The position numbers and the translations under genes are program-made. A stretch of 64,000 bases of DNA from the human T2T-CHM13v2.0 reference genome, Homo sapiens, in NCBI RefSeq assembly GCF_009914755.1, contig NC_060925.1. The stretch is one strand, 5' to 3'. Positions 36,019 to 51,319 of the stretch are shown one piece after another. The notes beneath the pieces were generated by a model. That model did no database searches, was not told the DNA's origin, and was given only the letters and a program-made list of their open reading frames with translations. The stretch's first letter is position 1, and the number at the start of each line of letters is the position of its first letter.

Positions 36019-36997
36019 TGATCATGCATCACTTAAAGATGGGTGTACATTCTGAGAAATGTGTCTTCAGGCAATTTCCTGTGTAGGGAACTTACCATGA
36101 ATAGAGCTGGCAGGACTGGAAGTTGTTCTTGATGAGTCAGTGAGTGAGTGGTGAGTGAATGTGAAGGCCTAGGATATTATTGTACACTCCTGTAGACTTC
36201 TTAAACACTGTATATTAGGTTACACTAAGTTTATTTAAAAATGTTTCTTTCTTATACAATAAATTAACTTTAGCTTACTATAACTTTTTTACTTGATAAG
36301 CATTTTAATTTCTTTACCTTTTTTCTTTTTTAATAACACCTTAAAACACAAACATATTGCACAGCTATACAAAATATTTTCTCTCCTTATATTCTTGTTC
36401 TATAGGCTTTTTTCTATTTTTAAAATTTCTGATTTTTGTTTTTTACTTTTTAAACTTTTTAAAAGTTAAAAACTAAGACACACACATTAGCCTAGGCCTT
36501 CACAGGGTCAGGATCATCAATATCACTTGTCTTCCACCTCCACATCTTGCTCCACTGGAAGGTCTTCAGGGGCAATAGCACACATGGAGCTGTCATCTCC
36601 TGTGATAACAATGCCTTCTAAAATACCTCCTGAAGGCCCTGCCTGAGGCTGTTTTACAGTTAACTTTTTTTTAATAAGTAGAAGGAGTATAGTTTAATAA
36701 TGATAAAAATAAATACTATAATAAACACATAAACCAGTAACATAGTAGTTTATTATCATTATCACATATTACATGCTGTACATAATTGTATATACTGTAC
36801 TTTTTATACCACTGGCAGCAACCTAGGTTGGTTTGTACCAGCATCACCTCAATCAGGTGAGTAATGTGTTATACTACAATGTTACAATGGCTATGACTTC
36901 ACTTGGCAACAGAAATTTTTCAGCTCCTTTATAATCTTATGGACCACTGTTGTACATGCAGTCTGTCATTGACCAAACATTATGCAGTGCATAACTA
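36019..36997. mobile_element. Tigger3-family DNA transposon remnant nested in a MIR
   Basis: Decayed inverted ends tcatgcatcacttaa... / ...ttatgcagtgcataacta, TA flanks, and a Tigger3-like start (tacattctgagaaatgtgtc). MIR halves at ~35970-36015 and ~37005-37190. Confidence 0.75.
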
Positions 36998-38806
36998 TAG
37001 GTGAAATAATTTAATCCACTGAGTGATTCTTTGAAGTGAATACTATTATCCTCACCCCTGTTTAACCGATGAACATTCTGAGTCTTAGAGTGGTTTAGTA
37101 TCTTGTCCAAAGTATCTTGCACAGCTAGTGAGTGGTAGAACTAAGATTTAAACACAGGTCATATGGCTCCAGAATCTGTTCCTAGTCACTATTATATATT
37201 ATTGCCCTTAGAACTGTGATGATGATGGTGATGTTAGTGGTAACTCTCCCCCTAAATATGGCTATTTCTCTAGTAGAATATTAGATTCAGGAGAAATATT
37301 AGAGATTATACTGACATATTTACCTATTCCATAGATTCAGAACTTTTTGAAAACAAGAATTAGGATGACAAACTATAAATCTAAGGCCAAGGGTTGTGAG
37401 ATGTGTGGCAGACTTTATTCTGGAACCCAAGGGTCTTGCCTGAAGTACATAGTTCATTTCTAGTACACCACACTGGCTAGGTCTGAAGGGAAACCTAAAC
37501 TGCTGACTTGCAAATAAAACATATGCAGTAAATTGCACCAGACAAGTCAGCGGCAAAGTTTTCATTTCTCTTTTTGATCATTGCTGTATGGAGATCTAGA
37601 GAACCATATGTTTGTAAAAACTTCAACAAGTCATTTTAAATATTTTGAGTAGAGAAGTAGAGTCCCAGATCCCTTTCAGATTATATTGAATCAGGTTATA
37701 GGTACAGCGTAGGCTTCATGAGAATTGGTTGTTATCATCATAACCATTATGCTATGACTTTAGAGTAGGGACAGGCCATAGGAAAATAATTGACTTAAAG
37801 ATTGCACTTCTATTTGGATGTAAAGCTTTGTTTCAATGATTTCATTAAACATTTAGACTTCAGAAGAGCAATGTTTATAATGCTGCCATATTTCCTGACT
37901 TAACCTGTACAATGGTATTAGAAAGCATAAAAAAGAAGACACTCAGTTACAGAAAAACATAATATTATAATAATATTAAACATAATAACAGGTCTTATCA
38001 TTGATGCAATGCTTACATTTGACTAGTTGTATTTTCATTACAAATACAAAAATAATTATCCTTCATTTGTAGGCATCAATCTCAACAAAGATAGGAGTCA
38101 GACTAACAGTTTTATGAGTTTTAAGTCCTGTCTAAAGTGCAGCATGTGAAGAAAAGAAAAAGGCAGATTTATGGTCTGATTTCTTGATGCTCTGAGATTA
38201 TAAACTTGGCTCTGTGAGCGGTTCTATATATATCCAATTTCATATTCTTACCAACTATACTAGTTAACCAATTCTAGCTACTATAAAATAAAAATTCTAA
38301 GATCTCAGTGACTTAAAATATTGGAAATTTCTTGCTTATATAGACCAAACAGGTGTTTCTGATTGGCAAGAAAAGAGGAGAAAGGTGTCTATTCCATGCA
38401 GTTGGTTAAAGCATTTGCCTCTAGGCAAATGAAGGCTTCCGTTGCCCTAGAGGTCAACATACAGCCAGTAGAGAGGACATACAGGGCAACAGGTGGGTGG
38501 GCCTTGACTAACACTGTATTAGTTAGAAGTCTGTCAAATATCCATTCCTAACTGCAAGGAAGGCTGGGAGTTCCAGAAAAAAGAAGAGACAACTCTGGTT
38601 ATTAGCTAGTAGTCTCTGCTATTGTAAACCTTAGTTTTCTCATCTGCAAAAGTAGTAAGTCCATCTTTTAAATTAATCATTCTTAAGTCTGTAGAATGCT
38701 CTTTTTCCTTCCATTTTTCTAACTTTATTAAGGTGTAATTGACAAATATAAATTTCATACATTCAAGGCATACAACATGTTTTGATATACATATACATTT
38801 TGAAAT

Positions 38807-39462
38807 TGTGGCAGGCCATGTCTCACTAATACAGGCCCCCATAACAACTGTTTCGGTACTGACCAAGTGGTTAAGTTAAATATTAAAAGCCAGAAAAAGC
38901 CCGTGCCCTCATGCAAAGGCTGGAATGTAACAAAAGCCCGCCAAGAAGTTTGCCTAGACCTTTCCTGGGCCTTAACGCATGACAAAATAACGAAGGAATT
39001 CTTAACAGGACCCATTTAGGATTAAACAAGCTTTATTATGTGTGTGAAGAAACTCCCCAGGCCTCCACAAACAAGTTAATTGGAGGTCTGAAGGAACGCC
39101 CCAAATCTCCGTGATTTAGCAGGAGACAAGGGCAATCACCCCAGCACCTGGACTCATTTAGATTGAGTAAATGTACTGAGGCTCCAGAGGAAGGTCTTCA
39201 GGACTCAGACCTTAGTTATAGATTAAAAGAAGCTAATCACTTATGTCTTTAGGTGAATGGACACTTACACGTAGATATATAGCTTAGAAGGTATATAAGC
39301 GCTGGAAAACTCTGTAATTTTGAGTTGGTCTGGTGATCATTTCCAGGCCTTCTCCCTGTAACCTGTTACAGAAATAAAAACTCTCTTCCTCCCCAGTACA
39401 TCTGTGTCTCATTATTGGGCCATGAGAAATAGCAGCCCAACTCTCAGTTTGGTCCAGGAACA
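38807..39462 (+). mobile_element. ERV1-class solo LTR (subfamily not determined)
   Basis: TG...CA termini, TATA-like gtatataag at ~39291, aataaa at ~39373, perfect 4-bp TSD aaat (38803-38806 / 39463-39466). The L1 resumes seamlessly. Confidence 0.88.
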
Positions 39463-41054
39463 AAATGATTTCCACAATCAAGCTAATTAACTTACGTGCT
39501 GCCTCACCTTTCTGTGGTGAGAATTCTTAATATATACTCTCTTAGCAAATTTCAAGTACACAATACATTAACTCCAGTCACCATGCTGTGCATTAGGTCT
39601 CTGAAAATTATTCATCTTATAACTGCAAGTACGTACTCTTTAACCAACATCTCCCCTTTTATCCCAACCCACCCTGTCTGATCCCTGGTACCCCTCCTAT
39701 TCTCTGTTTCTGTGAGTTTGATATTTTTAAATTCCACATATAAGTGAGATCATGTAGTATTTGATTTGTTTATGTCTGGCTTATTCTGCTTAACATAACG
39801 TCATCTGGTTTCAACTATGTTGTCACAGATGGAAGGATTTTCTTCTTTTTTAAGGCTGAATAATATTCAATTTTGTATATATACCACAATTTCTTTGTGC
39901 ATTCATCTATCAACAGACATTGAGGTTGTTTCCATGTTTCAGCTATTGTGAATAATACTTCAATGACCATGGGAGGGCAGATATCTCTTCAAGATAGTGA
40001 TTTTATTTCCTTTGGGTATATACTCAGTAATGAAATTGCTGAATCATGTGGTAGTTTTGTTTTTAATTACTTGAGGAAACTTCATACTGTCTTCCGTAAT
40101 GGCTGTGCCCATTTAAATTCCCACCAACAATGTATAAGCCATCTCCTTTCTTCACATCCTTGCCAATACTTGATATCTTTTAACTGTATAGCAGCCACCC
40201 TAACAGGTGTGAGGTGACATCTCATTGTAGTTTTGATTTACATTTCCTTGATGATTACTGATGTCAAACACTTTTTTATAGAACAGTTAGCTATTTGTAT
40301 TTATTCCTTAGGAAAATATTTATTCAGGTCCTTTCCCCATTTTTAATTGGGTTATTTGATTTTTTACTATTGAGTTGTATGAGGTCTTTATATATTTTGG
40401 ATATTACCTCCTTATCAGATATATGATTTACAAATATTTTCCATTCCTAGGGTTGCTTTTTAATTTTATTGATTTTTTTCTTTCCTGTGCAGAAACTTTT
40501 CAATTTAATATAGTACCGCTTGTTTATTTTCACTTTTCTTGCCTGTGCTTTTGATGTCATATACAAAAAAATATCGATATGAAAATCTGTAATCCATTTT
40601 GAGTCTATTATTGTAAGAACTCAGTTTCCTCTTTTTGCATATGGATATCCAGTTTTCCCAACACCATTTATTGAAGAGATTATTTTTCCTCATTATATAT
40701 TCTAGGCATACTTTGACAATGAGCCTCTGTCAAAGATTAGTTGACCATATATGTGTGGATTTATTTCTGGGCTTTCTATTCTGTTTCATTGGTTTATGTG
40801 TTCATTTTTATGCCAGTACTATATTGTTTTGAGTACTAGAGGTGTGTAATATAATTTTAAATTGAAAAAGAGTGATGCCTCCAGCTTTGTTCTTGTTGCT
40901 CCAGATTGCTTTAGCTATTTGGGGTCTTTTGTCATTCCATATTAATTTTAGGATTATTTTTTATATTTCTGTGAAAATTCCATTGGAATTTTGGTAGGGA
41001 TTGCATTGAATCTCTAGAGAACTTGGAGTAGCATAGATATTTTGACAATATTGA

Positions 41055-41312
<258 letters not shown>

Positions 41313-42963
41313 ATTCCTGAGTATTTTTTGATGCTATTATAAATGGGATATTTTTCTTAATTCTTTTTCTGATAGTTTCTCCTTGGTGTAGAGAAACACA
41401 ACTCATTTTTGCATGTTGGTTTTATATCCTACAACTTTACTAAATTCATTTATTAGTTCTAATAGTTTTTGGGTGAAGTTTTTAGGGTTTTTTATATGTA
41501 AGATTATGTCTTCTCCAAGCAGAGACAATTACTTTCCAGTTTGAATTCCTTTTCTTTCTTTTTTTCTTTTGCCTATTTGCTCTAACTAAAACTTCTAGTA
41601 CTACGTTGAATACAAATGGTGAAAGTGGGCATACTTGTCTGGCTCTTGTCCTTAGAGAAAAATCTTTCAACTTTTCATTGTTCAGTATAATGTTAGCTGT
41701 GAGCTTGTCATACGTGATCTTTATTATGTTAAGCTACATTCTTTGTATACCTCATTTGTTGAGTGTTTTTATCATGAAAGGATGTTGAATTTTGTCAAGT
41801 GCTTTTTCTCCATCTGCTAAGATGATTATATGGTTTTTGACCTTCATTCTGTTAATGTGGTATATCATATTTTTAAATTGTGTCTGTTGAACCATCCTTG
41901 AATCTCTGGGATAAATCCCACTTGATCATTGTGTATGATCTTTTTAATGTGCTGTTGAATTCAGTGAGCTAGTATTTTATTGAGGATTTTTGCATCTATG
42001 TTCATTAGGGCTATTAGCTTGTAATTTTCTTTTCTTGTAGTCTTTGTGTGGCTTTGGTATCAGGGTGATGCTGGCTTCATAAAATGAGTTTGAAAGTGTT
42101 CTCTCTTCTTCAATTTTCTTGACGAGCTTGAGAAACATTGGTATTAGTTCTTTAAATGTTTCATAGAATTTAGCATTGATGCCATCTCATCTTGGACTTT
42201 TCTTTGACAGAGGACTTTTTTATCACTGATTCAATATCCTTACTCATTATTCTGTTCAGATTTTCTATTTCACTATAATTCTGTCTTTGTAGGCTGTATG
42301 TTTCTAGGAATTTATTCATTTCTTCCAGGCTATCCAATTTGTTGGGGTATAATTGTTCATAGAAATCTCTTATAATCCTTTGTATTTTTGTGTTATAAGT
42401 TGTGATGCCTCCCCTTTCATTTCTGATTTCATTTATTTTAGACTTTTCTCATTTTTTCTTAGTCTAGCTAGCCAAATATTTGTCAATTTTATCTTTTTGA
42501 AAAAAAACTCAGTTTTTAAATTTTATATTGTTTTTCTAGCCTCTAGTTCATTTATTTCTGCTCTGATCTTTGTTATTTTCTTTCTTATAGTAATTTGGGG
42601 CTTAGTTTCTTCTTTATCTACTTCCTTGAGATATAAGATTATATTATTCATTTGAGAGCTTTCTTCTTTTTTAAGGTGGGCATTTATTGCTATAAACTTT
42701 CCTCTTAGAAGTATTTTTGCTGTATTTATAAGTTTTTAGAGATTGTATTTCCATTTTTATTGGTCACTAGACTTTTTTTACTTTACTTTTGATTTTTTTC
42801 TATGACCCATTGGTTTCACATATGTATATTGTTTAATTTCCACATATTGGTAAATTTTCCAGTTTTCCTCCTGTTATTGATTTCTAGTTTTATAACATTA
42901 CAACCAAAAAATGTACTTGCTATGATTTCAGACATCTTAAAGTTGTTGAGAATTGTTTCATAG

Positions 42964-44134
42964 CACAGGCAACAAAAACAAAAATAGAAAAATGAGACAT
43001 ATATTACACTAAAAAAACTACTGCACAGCAAAGGAAACCATCAACAGAGTGAAGAAACAACCTGTTGAATGGGAGAAAATATTTTCAAACTATTCATCCA
43101 ACAAGGAACTAATACTCAGAATATAAAAGGAACTCAAACAACTCAAAAATAAAATAAACAAATAAACCCATTAAAAAGTGGTCAAAGGAAATGAATAGAC
43201 ATGTCTCAAAGGAAGACATACTTGCAAGTATCTGGCTGACAGATATTTGAAAAAATGCTCAACACCACTAATCATCAGAGAAATGCAAATCAAAACCACA
43301 ATAAGATATCACCTTACCCAGTTAGAATGGCTATTAACAAAAAGACAAAAAATTACATATGCTGATGAGGGAGCAGAGAAAAGGAAGCTCTAATACATTG
43401 TTGGTGGGAATATGAATTAGTACGACTACTACGGAAAAAGTATAGAGATTTCTCAAAAAAAAATAGAACTACCATATGATCCAGCAACCCCTCTACCATA
43501 TATTTATTCAAAGGAAAGGAAATCAGTATATCAAAGGTATACCTGCATCCCATGTTTACTGCAGCACTCTTCCCAGGAGCAAAGATATAGAATCAACCTT
43601 AGTGTCCAACAACAGATGAATGGATAAAGAAAATGTAGTATATATACACAATGGAATATTATTTGGCCATAAAAAATTAAATTATATTAGTTGCAGTATC
43701 ATGAATGGAACTGAACATCATTATGTTAGGTGAAATAAGTCAGGCACAGAAAGACAAATATCACGTGTTCTCAATCATGTGGAAGCTAAAAAAGTTGATC
43801 TCATGGAGCTAGAGATTAGAATGATAGATACCAGAGGCTGGCAAAAGTGTGACAGTGGGGATGAAGAGAGGTTGGTTAATGGGTACAAACACACAGTTAG
43901 ATAGATGAAATAAGTTCTACTGTTTGAAATCAGTGTGGAGTGGCTATAGTTAACAATATATTATATATTTCAAAATAGCTTGAAGACTTAAAATGTTCCC
44001 AATACATTAAAATGAGAAATACTTGAGGTGATCAATACCCAAAATACCATGACTTGATCATTATACATTCTATGCATGTAACAAAATATCACATGTACTC
44101 CATAATATACAACTATTGTCTATCAATTTTAAAA
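42964..44134 (+). mobile_element. 5'-truncated L1MA inserted antisense into the host L1MA
   Basis: Strand switch at both ends, ORF2 C-terminus and L1MA 3'UTR. TSD agaattgtttcatag (42949-42963) / agacttgttttgtag (44135-44149). Confidence 0.85.
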
Positions 44135-46921
44135 AGACTTGTTTTGTAGACCTGCATATGACTTATCTTAGAAAATGTTATGTGTGCTCCTGACAAGAAT
44201 ATGTATTCTAGTTCTGTTGGATAGAGTTTTTTGTATGTCTGTTAGGTCTGTTTTGTTTAAAGTATAGTCCAAATCCAATGTCTTTTGACTGGTGAATTTA
44301 ATCCATTTCAGTCAAGGTAGTTATTGATAGATAAGGACTCACTATTACCATTTTTTCATTGTTTTCCAGCTATATTATAGATCCCTTTTTTCCTTTTTTC
44401 CTCTCTGTCTTCTTTTATGATTTGATGATTTTCTGTAGTGGTGTGCTTTGATTTCTTTCTCTTTATCTTTTGTGTAGCTATAATAGGTTTTCACTTTATG
44501 GTTACCATGAGGCTTACATATAACATCCATCTTATAGTTACAACAGTCTATTTTAAGCTTATAACTTCAATTGCATTAAAAAAAATCTTTACACTTTTTA
44601 TTTTACCCCCACCATATTTTGTTTGATGTCACAATTTACATCTTTTTATATTATATATCCATTAAAAAAATTATTGTAGCTATAGATATTTTTAATAGTT
44701 TCATCTTTTTTTATACTAGAGATACAGGTAATTTATACACCACCATTATAGTATTAGAGTATTCTGAATTTGACTATGCACTTTTACCAGTGAGTTTTAT
44801 ACTTTCATATGTTTGCATATTACTGAGTAGCATCCTTGTGTTTCAGCTTGAAGAACTCTCTAGCATATCTAGTGGTTATGTACTCCCTCAGATTTTGTTT
44901 GTCTGGGAAAACTTTTATCACTCCTTGATTTTTGAAGAACAGATTTCTGAGCTGAGTATTCTTCATTAGCAGTTTTATTCTTTCAGCACTTTGAAAATGT
45001 CATTCCACTCTTTTCTAGGCTGCAAAGTTTCTTCTGAGAAAGCCACTTATAGCTTTTGGGGTGTTTCTTTTTATGGGAGGAACTTCTATATGCTTGCTAC
45101 TTTCAAGATTTTTTATCTTTGGGTTTTGAGAGTTTGATTATATTATGCCTCAGTGAAGTCTTCTTTGGATTGAACCTAATTGCAGATCTTTGAGTTTCAT
45201 GTATCTGGATGCTCATTTTCCCCCCAGATTTGGGAAGTTTTCTGTTGTTATATCTTTAAATAAACTTTCTGCCCCTTTCTCTGTCTGCTCCTTCTATAAA
45301 ATACAATCATGCAAATGTTAGCTTTCTCGATGGTATCTCATAAATCCCCTAGGTTTTCTTCATTCCTTTCCACTCTTTTTTCCTTCTCAATATGTATTTT
45401 TAAATGCCTTGTCTTAGAGATCGCACATTCTTTCTTTTACTTGATCAAGTCTGCTGTTGATCCTCTCTATTATATTTTTCATTTCATTCCTTGTATTTTT
45501 CACCTCCAGAATTTCTGTTTGGTTTTTAAAAAATTATTTATAACTCTCTATTGGTCTTCTCATTTAGTTCATGTATTGTTTTCCTGAGTTTTGTTGTCTA
45601 TCTGTGTTTACTTGTAGCTCCCAGAGCCTCATTAAAACAATTATTTGGAATTCTTTGTCAAGTACTTTATACATCTCTGTTTCTTTGAAAATGGTTTCTG
45701 GAAAATTGCTGTGTACCTTGGGGACTGACTTTTTTTTTAATGTTTCTTGTTACCTTGCATTAACGTCTGTGCATTTGATAGAGCAGTCACCTCTTCTAGA
45801 CTTCACAGACTGTTTTCAATAGAGAAAGACCTTCATCTACAGGTGTGTGAAAATGCACTGGCTGGATGAAATGGGGGGATTCTGGCTGTGATGAGTACAC
45901 AGTGATGTAGTCTCCAAGCAGCTCTGTCAGCTGAGGTTGACATTGGTGAAGAATACAGGGGTCCTCTGTGGCCATGGCTGTGGGTGTCTACACTGGTGAC
46001 TAGGACTGCTAAAATTCTCCTGATTTATATTTCTTTCACTGAAAAAGTCAAGGCTGAGGGGATCCCTCTTAGCACCAAGTCCAATGGTTGGGTGCATTTG
46101 TGGTGATGCGTCACTGGTGTCTGATGCATGGCACCCATGGAGTGACCATGAAGCTAGGGTCTGGAGCACAATATTGCATGGAAGGACCATGGCTTTGGGG
46201 TCAGAGGCAGCAGCGGCATCAGTGCCTGGGGTGCAGGAGCTCTTGCTGCTGTATCGGTAATGATGTGTGAGGTGCAGGCATTCATGAAGTAGCTGTGGAG
46301 CCTGGGTCTGGTGTACAGGCATGTGTAGGGTTACCACTGCTCCAGGGAGCAGGTTGCTGACATGACTGCTGCAGTGGTAGCTCCAGTATTAGAGTGGCCA
46401 CAGACCCTGGGTCTGAAACATAAGTATGCTTGGAACAGTGGCTCCACTGACCAGGGTGCAGGCTAGCTCATTGTGATGGTGGTTCTGGTGTCTGGGGTGC
46501 AAGCATGGTTAATGCAGCCATAAATCTGGGGCAGGGAGTTCACAGGAAATCAGAGAAAGGGTTGCCTCAGTCCCAGAGCTGCACAACAGTGGCTTCTTTT
46601 AGGGGTGACATAGCATTATCTCCCTCTCCAGGGAGTTCACAGTGTTGATTGCTATTAGTTACCTCAATGGCAAAAGCTTCCAGTGCCCTCTGCAGAGCAT
46701 GCCACTGGGGACCACAGTGGAACCCACTGTGTAACTGTGACTCAAGCTGATATCCCCTGCTCTATGTTCCTGTTTCTAGTCATCTCTACACATCTCAGGT
46801 ATGCTGATATCCCCAACAATCATTATGTGTTATTATTATCTATTTTTTGCACCACTGTGTTGCTGCACGTTCTTAATTAGACCCTTGAGCCCTCTCAAAA
46901 CTATTTTCCTTTGTGGATTGA

Positions 46922-48867
46922 TGTATTAGTCCATTCTCATGTTGCTATAAAGAACTGCCCAAGACTGGGTAATTTATAAAGGAAAGAGATTTAATTGACT
47001 CACAGTTCTGCAGGGCTGGGAAGGCCTCAGGAAATTTACAATCATGACGGCAGGGGAAGCAAACATGTCCTTCTTCACAAGGCAGCAGCAAGAAGTGCAG
47101 AGTGAAGGAGGAAAAATCCCCTATAAAACCATCAGATCTCATGACTACTCCCTCACTATCATGAGAACAGCTTGGGGGAACTACCCCCATGATCTAATCA
47201 CCTCCCATGAGGTCTCTCCCCAACATGTAGGGATTATAATTTGTATTACAATTCAAGATGAGATTTGGGTGAGGACACAGAGCCAGACTATATCATTCTA
47301 CCCCTGGTCCCTCCCAAATCTCCTGTTTCTCACATTTCAAAACACAATTATGCCTTCCCAACAGTTCCCCAAAGTCTTAACTCATTTCAGCATTCATCCA
47401 AAGGTCAAAATCCATAGTCTCGTCTGAGACAAGGCAAGTCCCTTTTGCCAACGAACCTGTAAAATCAAAAGAAAGTTAGTTACTTCCAAGATATAATGGG
47501 AGTACAGGCACTGGATAAATGCACCCATTCCAAATGGGAGAAATTGACCAAAACAAAGGGGCTACAGTCTCCTTGTAATAGGGCAAATTATTAATTATTA
47601 ATAGGGCAAACAACAAAGGTTGTCCATGAGGGCTCCACCCCTGCAGCAAACTTCTGCCTGAACATCCAAGCATTTCCATACATCCTCTGAAATCTAGGCA
47701 GAGGTACCCAAACCTTAATTCTTGACTTCTGTACACTCGCAGGCCCAACACCATATGTAAGCTGCCAAGGCTTGGGGCTTGCACCGTCTGAAGCAAGGGC
47801 GTGAGCTGTACATTGGCCCTGTTTGGCCATGGCTGGAGTTGAAGCAGCTGGGACACAGGGCACCATGTCCCGAGGTTGCATAGAGCAGGGGGGCCCTGGG
47901 CTGTGCCCAGAAAACCATCCTTCCTTTCCAGGCCTCAGAGCCTGTGATGGGAGGGGCTGCCACGAAGGTCTCCGACATGCCCTGGAGACATTTTCTCCAT
48001 TGTCTTGGTGATTAATACTTGGTTCCTCATTACTTAAGCAAATTCCTGCAGCCAGCTTGAATTTCTCCCCAGAAAATGGGTTTTCCTTTCTGTCACATTG
48101 TCCGGCTGCAAATTTTTCAAACTTTTATGCTCTGCTTCCTCTTGAATGCTTTGCAGCTTAGAAATTTCCTCTGCCAGATACTCTAAATCACCTCTCTCAA
48201 GTTCAAAGTTCCACAGATCTCTAGAGCAAGGCCAAAATGCTGCCAGTCTCTTTGCATAGCAAGAGTGACCTTTACTCCAGGTCCCAATGAGTTCCTCATC
48301 TCCATCTGAGACCACCTCAGTCGGGACTTTATTTTCCATATCACTATCCGCATTTTGATCAAAGCCATTCAACAAGTCTCTAGGAAATTCCAAACTTTTC
48401 CACATTTTCCTGTCTTCTGAGCCCTCCAAACTGTTCCAACCTCTACCTGTTACCCAGTTCCAAAGTAACTTCCACATTTTCATGTATCTTTACAGTAGCA
48501 CCCCACTCTCTGTGGTACCAGTTTACTGTATTAGTCCATTCTCATGCTGCTATAAAGAACTGCCCGAGACTAGGTAATTTATAGAGGAAAGAGGTTTAAC
48601 TGGCTCACAGTTCTGCAGGGCTGGGGAGGCATTGGGAAACTTACAATGGTGGCAGGGGAAGCAAACGTGTCCTTCTTCACATGGCAGCAGCAAGAAGTGC
48701 AGAATGAAGGGGGAAAAGTTCTTTATGAAACCTCAGATCTCATGAGAACTCACTCAGTATCAGAACAGCATGGGAGAACCACCCCCATGATCTAATCACT
48801 TCCCACGAGATCCCACCCCAGACTACAAGATGAGATTTGGGTGGGGACACAGAGCCAAACCATATCA
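46922..48867 (-). mobile_element. THE1 (MaLR) provirus: LTR-internal-LTR
   Basis: Direct LTRs tgtattagtccattctcatg...atatca at 46922-47294 and ~48527-48867, with THE1-int between. TSD attga (46917-46921) / attgc (48868-48872). Confidence 0.92.
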
Positions 48868-49189
48868 ATTGCTGTCTCATTGTTTTCTGTGGGGGAATGA
48901 AAGCTGGTATCTCATACACTGCCATATGGCCAATGTCACTTCTATAGAATTTTCAATAATGAAACAAAAAGCTACAGGGCTAGCACCTCATACAGATTAT
49001 ACAGTCTGTCCCACTTGGTAATAATGTAAAAAATACCACTTATCTTAATCATCTATCTTGTAAACCTACAGACTTTCATCTTTCTTTACTCCTTTTAGAG
49101 TCTCTTACGTCTTTGTTTTCTGTGAAGTAAGATCCTATCGGGCAGGGACTGTGGTTTCTACAAGTGGTAATTAAAAATTATTAAATACC

Positions 49190-49400
49190 TTGAAAATGTC
49201 ATAATCTGTGACCCGTGGTTGGTGTTTTGTTTAATCCTCAAAACAATCCTATGAGATAATTTGTATGATGGCAGAGCAGGGAAGGCAGTGATCAGTAGAC
49301 CTACAATTAAGTAAAACCAGAGGATACAGCTGATAAGTGGTGGTAAAATCTCAACTTGAACACAAGCCTCCATTGATTCTAAATCTTGAGTGCTTTAGAC
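49190..49400. mobile_element. MIR fragment
   Basis: tttaatcctcaaaacaatcctatgagata matches the MIR core. Confidence 0.5.
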
Positions 49401-50500
49401 CAACCATATTATTCTAGTGTCTTTCTATTTCTCTCAGATTCCCCAGAACACCTAACACAGTGGCAGGTACTTTATAAAAGAATTTTTAACAAATATTTGT
49501 TTAAATAAATTAATTTTGTTATAGGCCCTCAAATTTAATAAATCTCTAGTGTAAATCTACATTCTTGAAAGGCTCTTATATTATCCATTCCTTGATTTTT
49601 TTCTCTATGCCTACTTTATTTTTGCTTTCTCCTCACTTGTACTCCCTCATTCCTTCCCTGATGCTATCAGGCCCCCTGAAAAGGAAGCTTTTGTTTAGAA
49701 AGTTATAGCACAACTTGTGCTGCCACTTAGCCACTTGAGAATTTCTGGCAGAAGTCTTATGAAGAGCATGACTTACTGTAATTTGAGAGGCTCTTGTTTT
49801 ATTTAACATTATGGGAAAAACAATCATCAGGTCAGACCAGCACTTCTTATGTAATGGGGATTTAGGCTCAACTGTCTACATGTCTAGACTAAGCTTGGGA
49901 CCCTATTTTTCCCCAGGCTCCTTAGCTAGGTTTATTCCTCTTCCAGAAAGACTTTTGTTGGCGCATACATGAGTTCCATTTTCAATTGACACTAAACTAA
50001 CAGAGCAGTCTACCAAGACAGGAGGAAGTCATGGTTTTTTGTTTTTTTGTGTTTTTTTTCCTAATCTAAGACCAGCTGGCTGATGCTTCCTCTCACAAAT
50101 GTCTTGTGTTTGTAAGTACATGGCTGGGGCGTAGACTCAAAATGAATGCTACAGCTTCCTTATATCCTATACAAAGTATCTTGTTCTGTGTATCAAAAAG
50201 TTGTGGACAGGTAATTAGTAGTGGTGTAATTGCTTTTTTTGTGGGTACATAATTATAATTTATGAAGCTTGCCTAACAAATCATATCCGTAAAAACTAAC
50301 TACCTTCAGAAAACAGTAAAAATATGGGCCCTTCGATAATTATTTCCATGCTACCAGTATGGACAAAAAAAAATTAACCAAGGGAAGAACCTGAACTTAC
50401 AGAAGGAATATTTCACTATTTAATGAGGAGATATTATTAATGAGGATACTCTATCCCTCAGATGTTGTGTCACTTTGGGAAAGAAAAAATATGGACTCTG

Positions 50501-51236
50501 AAATCAAAACCGCAGTGAGAGATCATCTCACACGAGTCAGAATGGCTAGTATTAAAAAGTAAAATAATAACAGATGTTGGCAAGGTTGTGGAGAAAAGAG
50601 AATGCTTATACGCTGCTGGAGGGAATGTAAATTAGTTCAGTCACTATGGAAATCATAAGTTTGGTGAGTTCTCAAAGTTCTGAAAACAGAACTATCATTC
50701 AACCCAGCAAAACTATTATTGGGTATATACACAAAGAAATATAAATCATTGTACCATAAAGACACATAGATACATATGTTCATCACAGCACTATTCACAA
50801 TAGCAAAGACATGGAATCAACCTAAATGCCCATCAACAGTAAACTGGATTAAAAAATGTGATTCATATATACCATGGACTACTACACAGCCATAAAAAGA
50901 ACTAGATAATGTCCTTTGCAGCAACACGGATGGAACTGGAGATCATTATCCTAAGCAAACTAATCCAGGAAAAGAAAGCCAAATACCACATGTTATCACT
51001 TATAAGTGGGAGCTAAACAACAAAAACATGTGGACACAGAGAGGGGAACAATAGACACTGGGGCCTACTTGAGGGTGGAGGATGGGGGTTAGGAGAGGAT
51101 AAAAAACTACCTATCGAGTACTGTGCTTATTACTTGGGTGATGAAATAACTTGTGCACCAAACACCCATGACACACAGATTACCTATGTAACAAACCCAC
51201 ACATGTAGCCCTGAACCTAAAATAAAAGTTTTAAAA
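50501..51236 (+). mobile_element. 5'-truncated L1PA16/L1PB-like 3' end
   Basis: ORF2 C-terminal homology and a 3'UTR ending cctgaacctaaaataaaag. Confidence 0.85.
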
Positions 51237-51319
51237 ATGGTTGAAAAGGTAAATTTTATGCTTGCATATTTTACCACTGAATTTTTAGACTAGAAAATAT
51301 TATAATTTTACCTTAAAGA

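Noticed and set aside
47476-48483. ORFs in the THE1 internal region
   Set aside because: Fragments of the degenerate MaLR internal sequence broken by frameshifts and a deletion; not a host gene.
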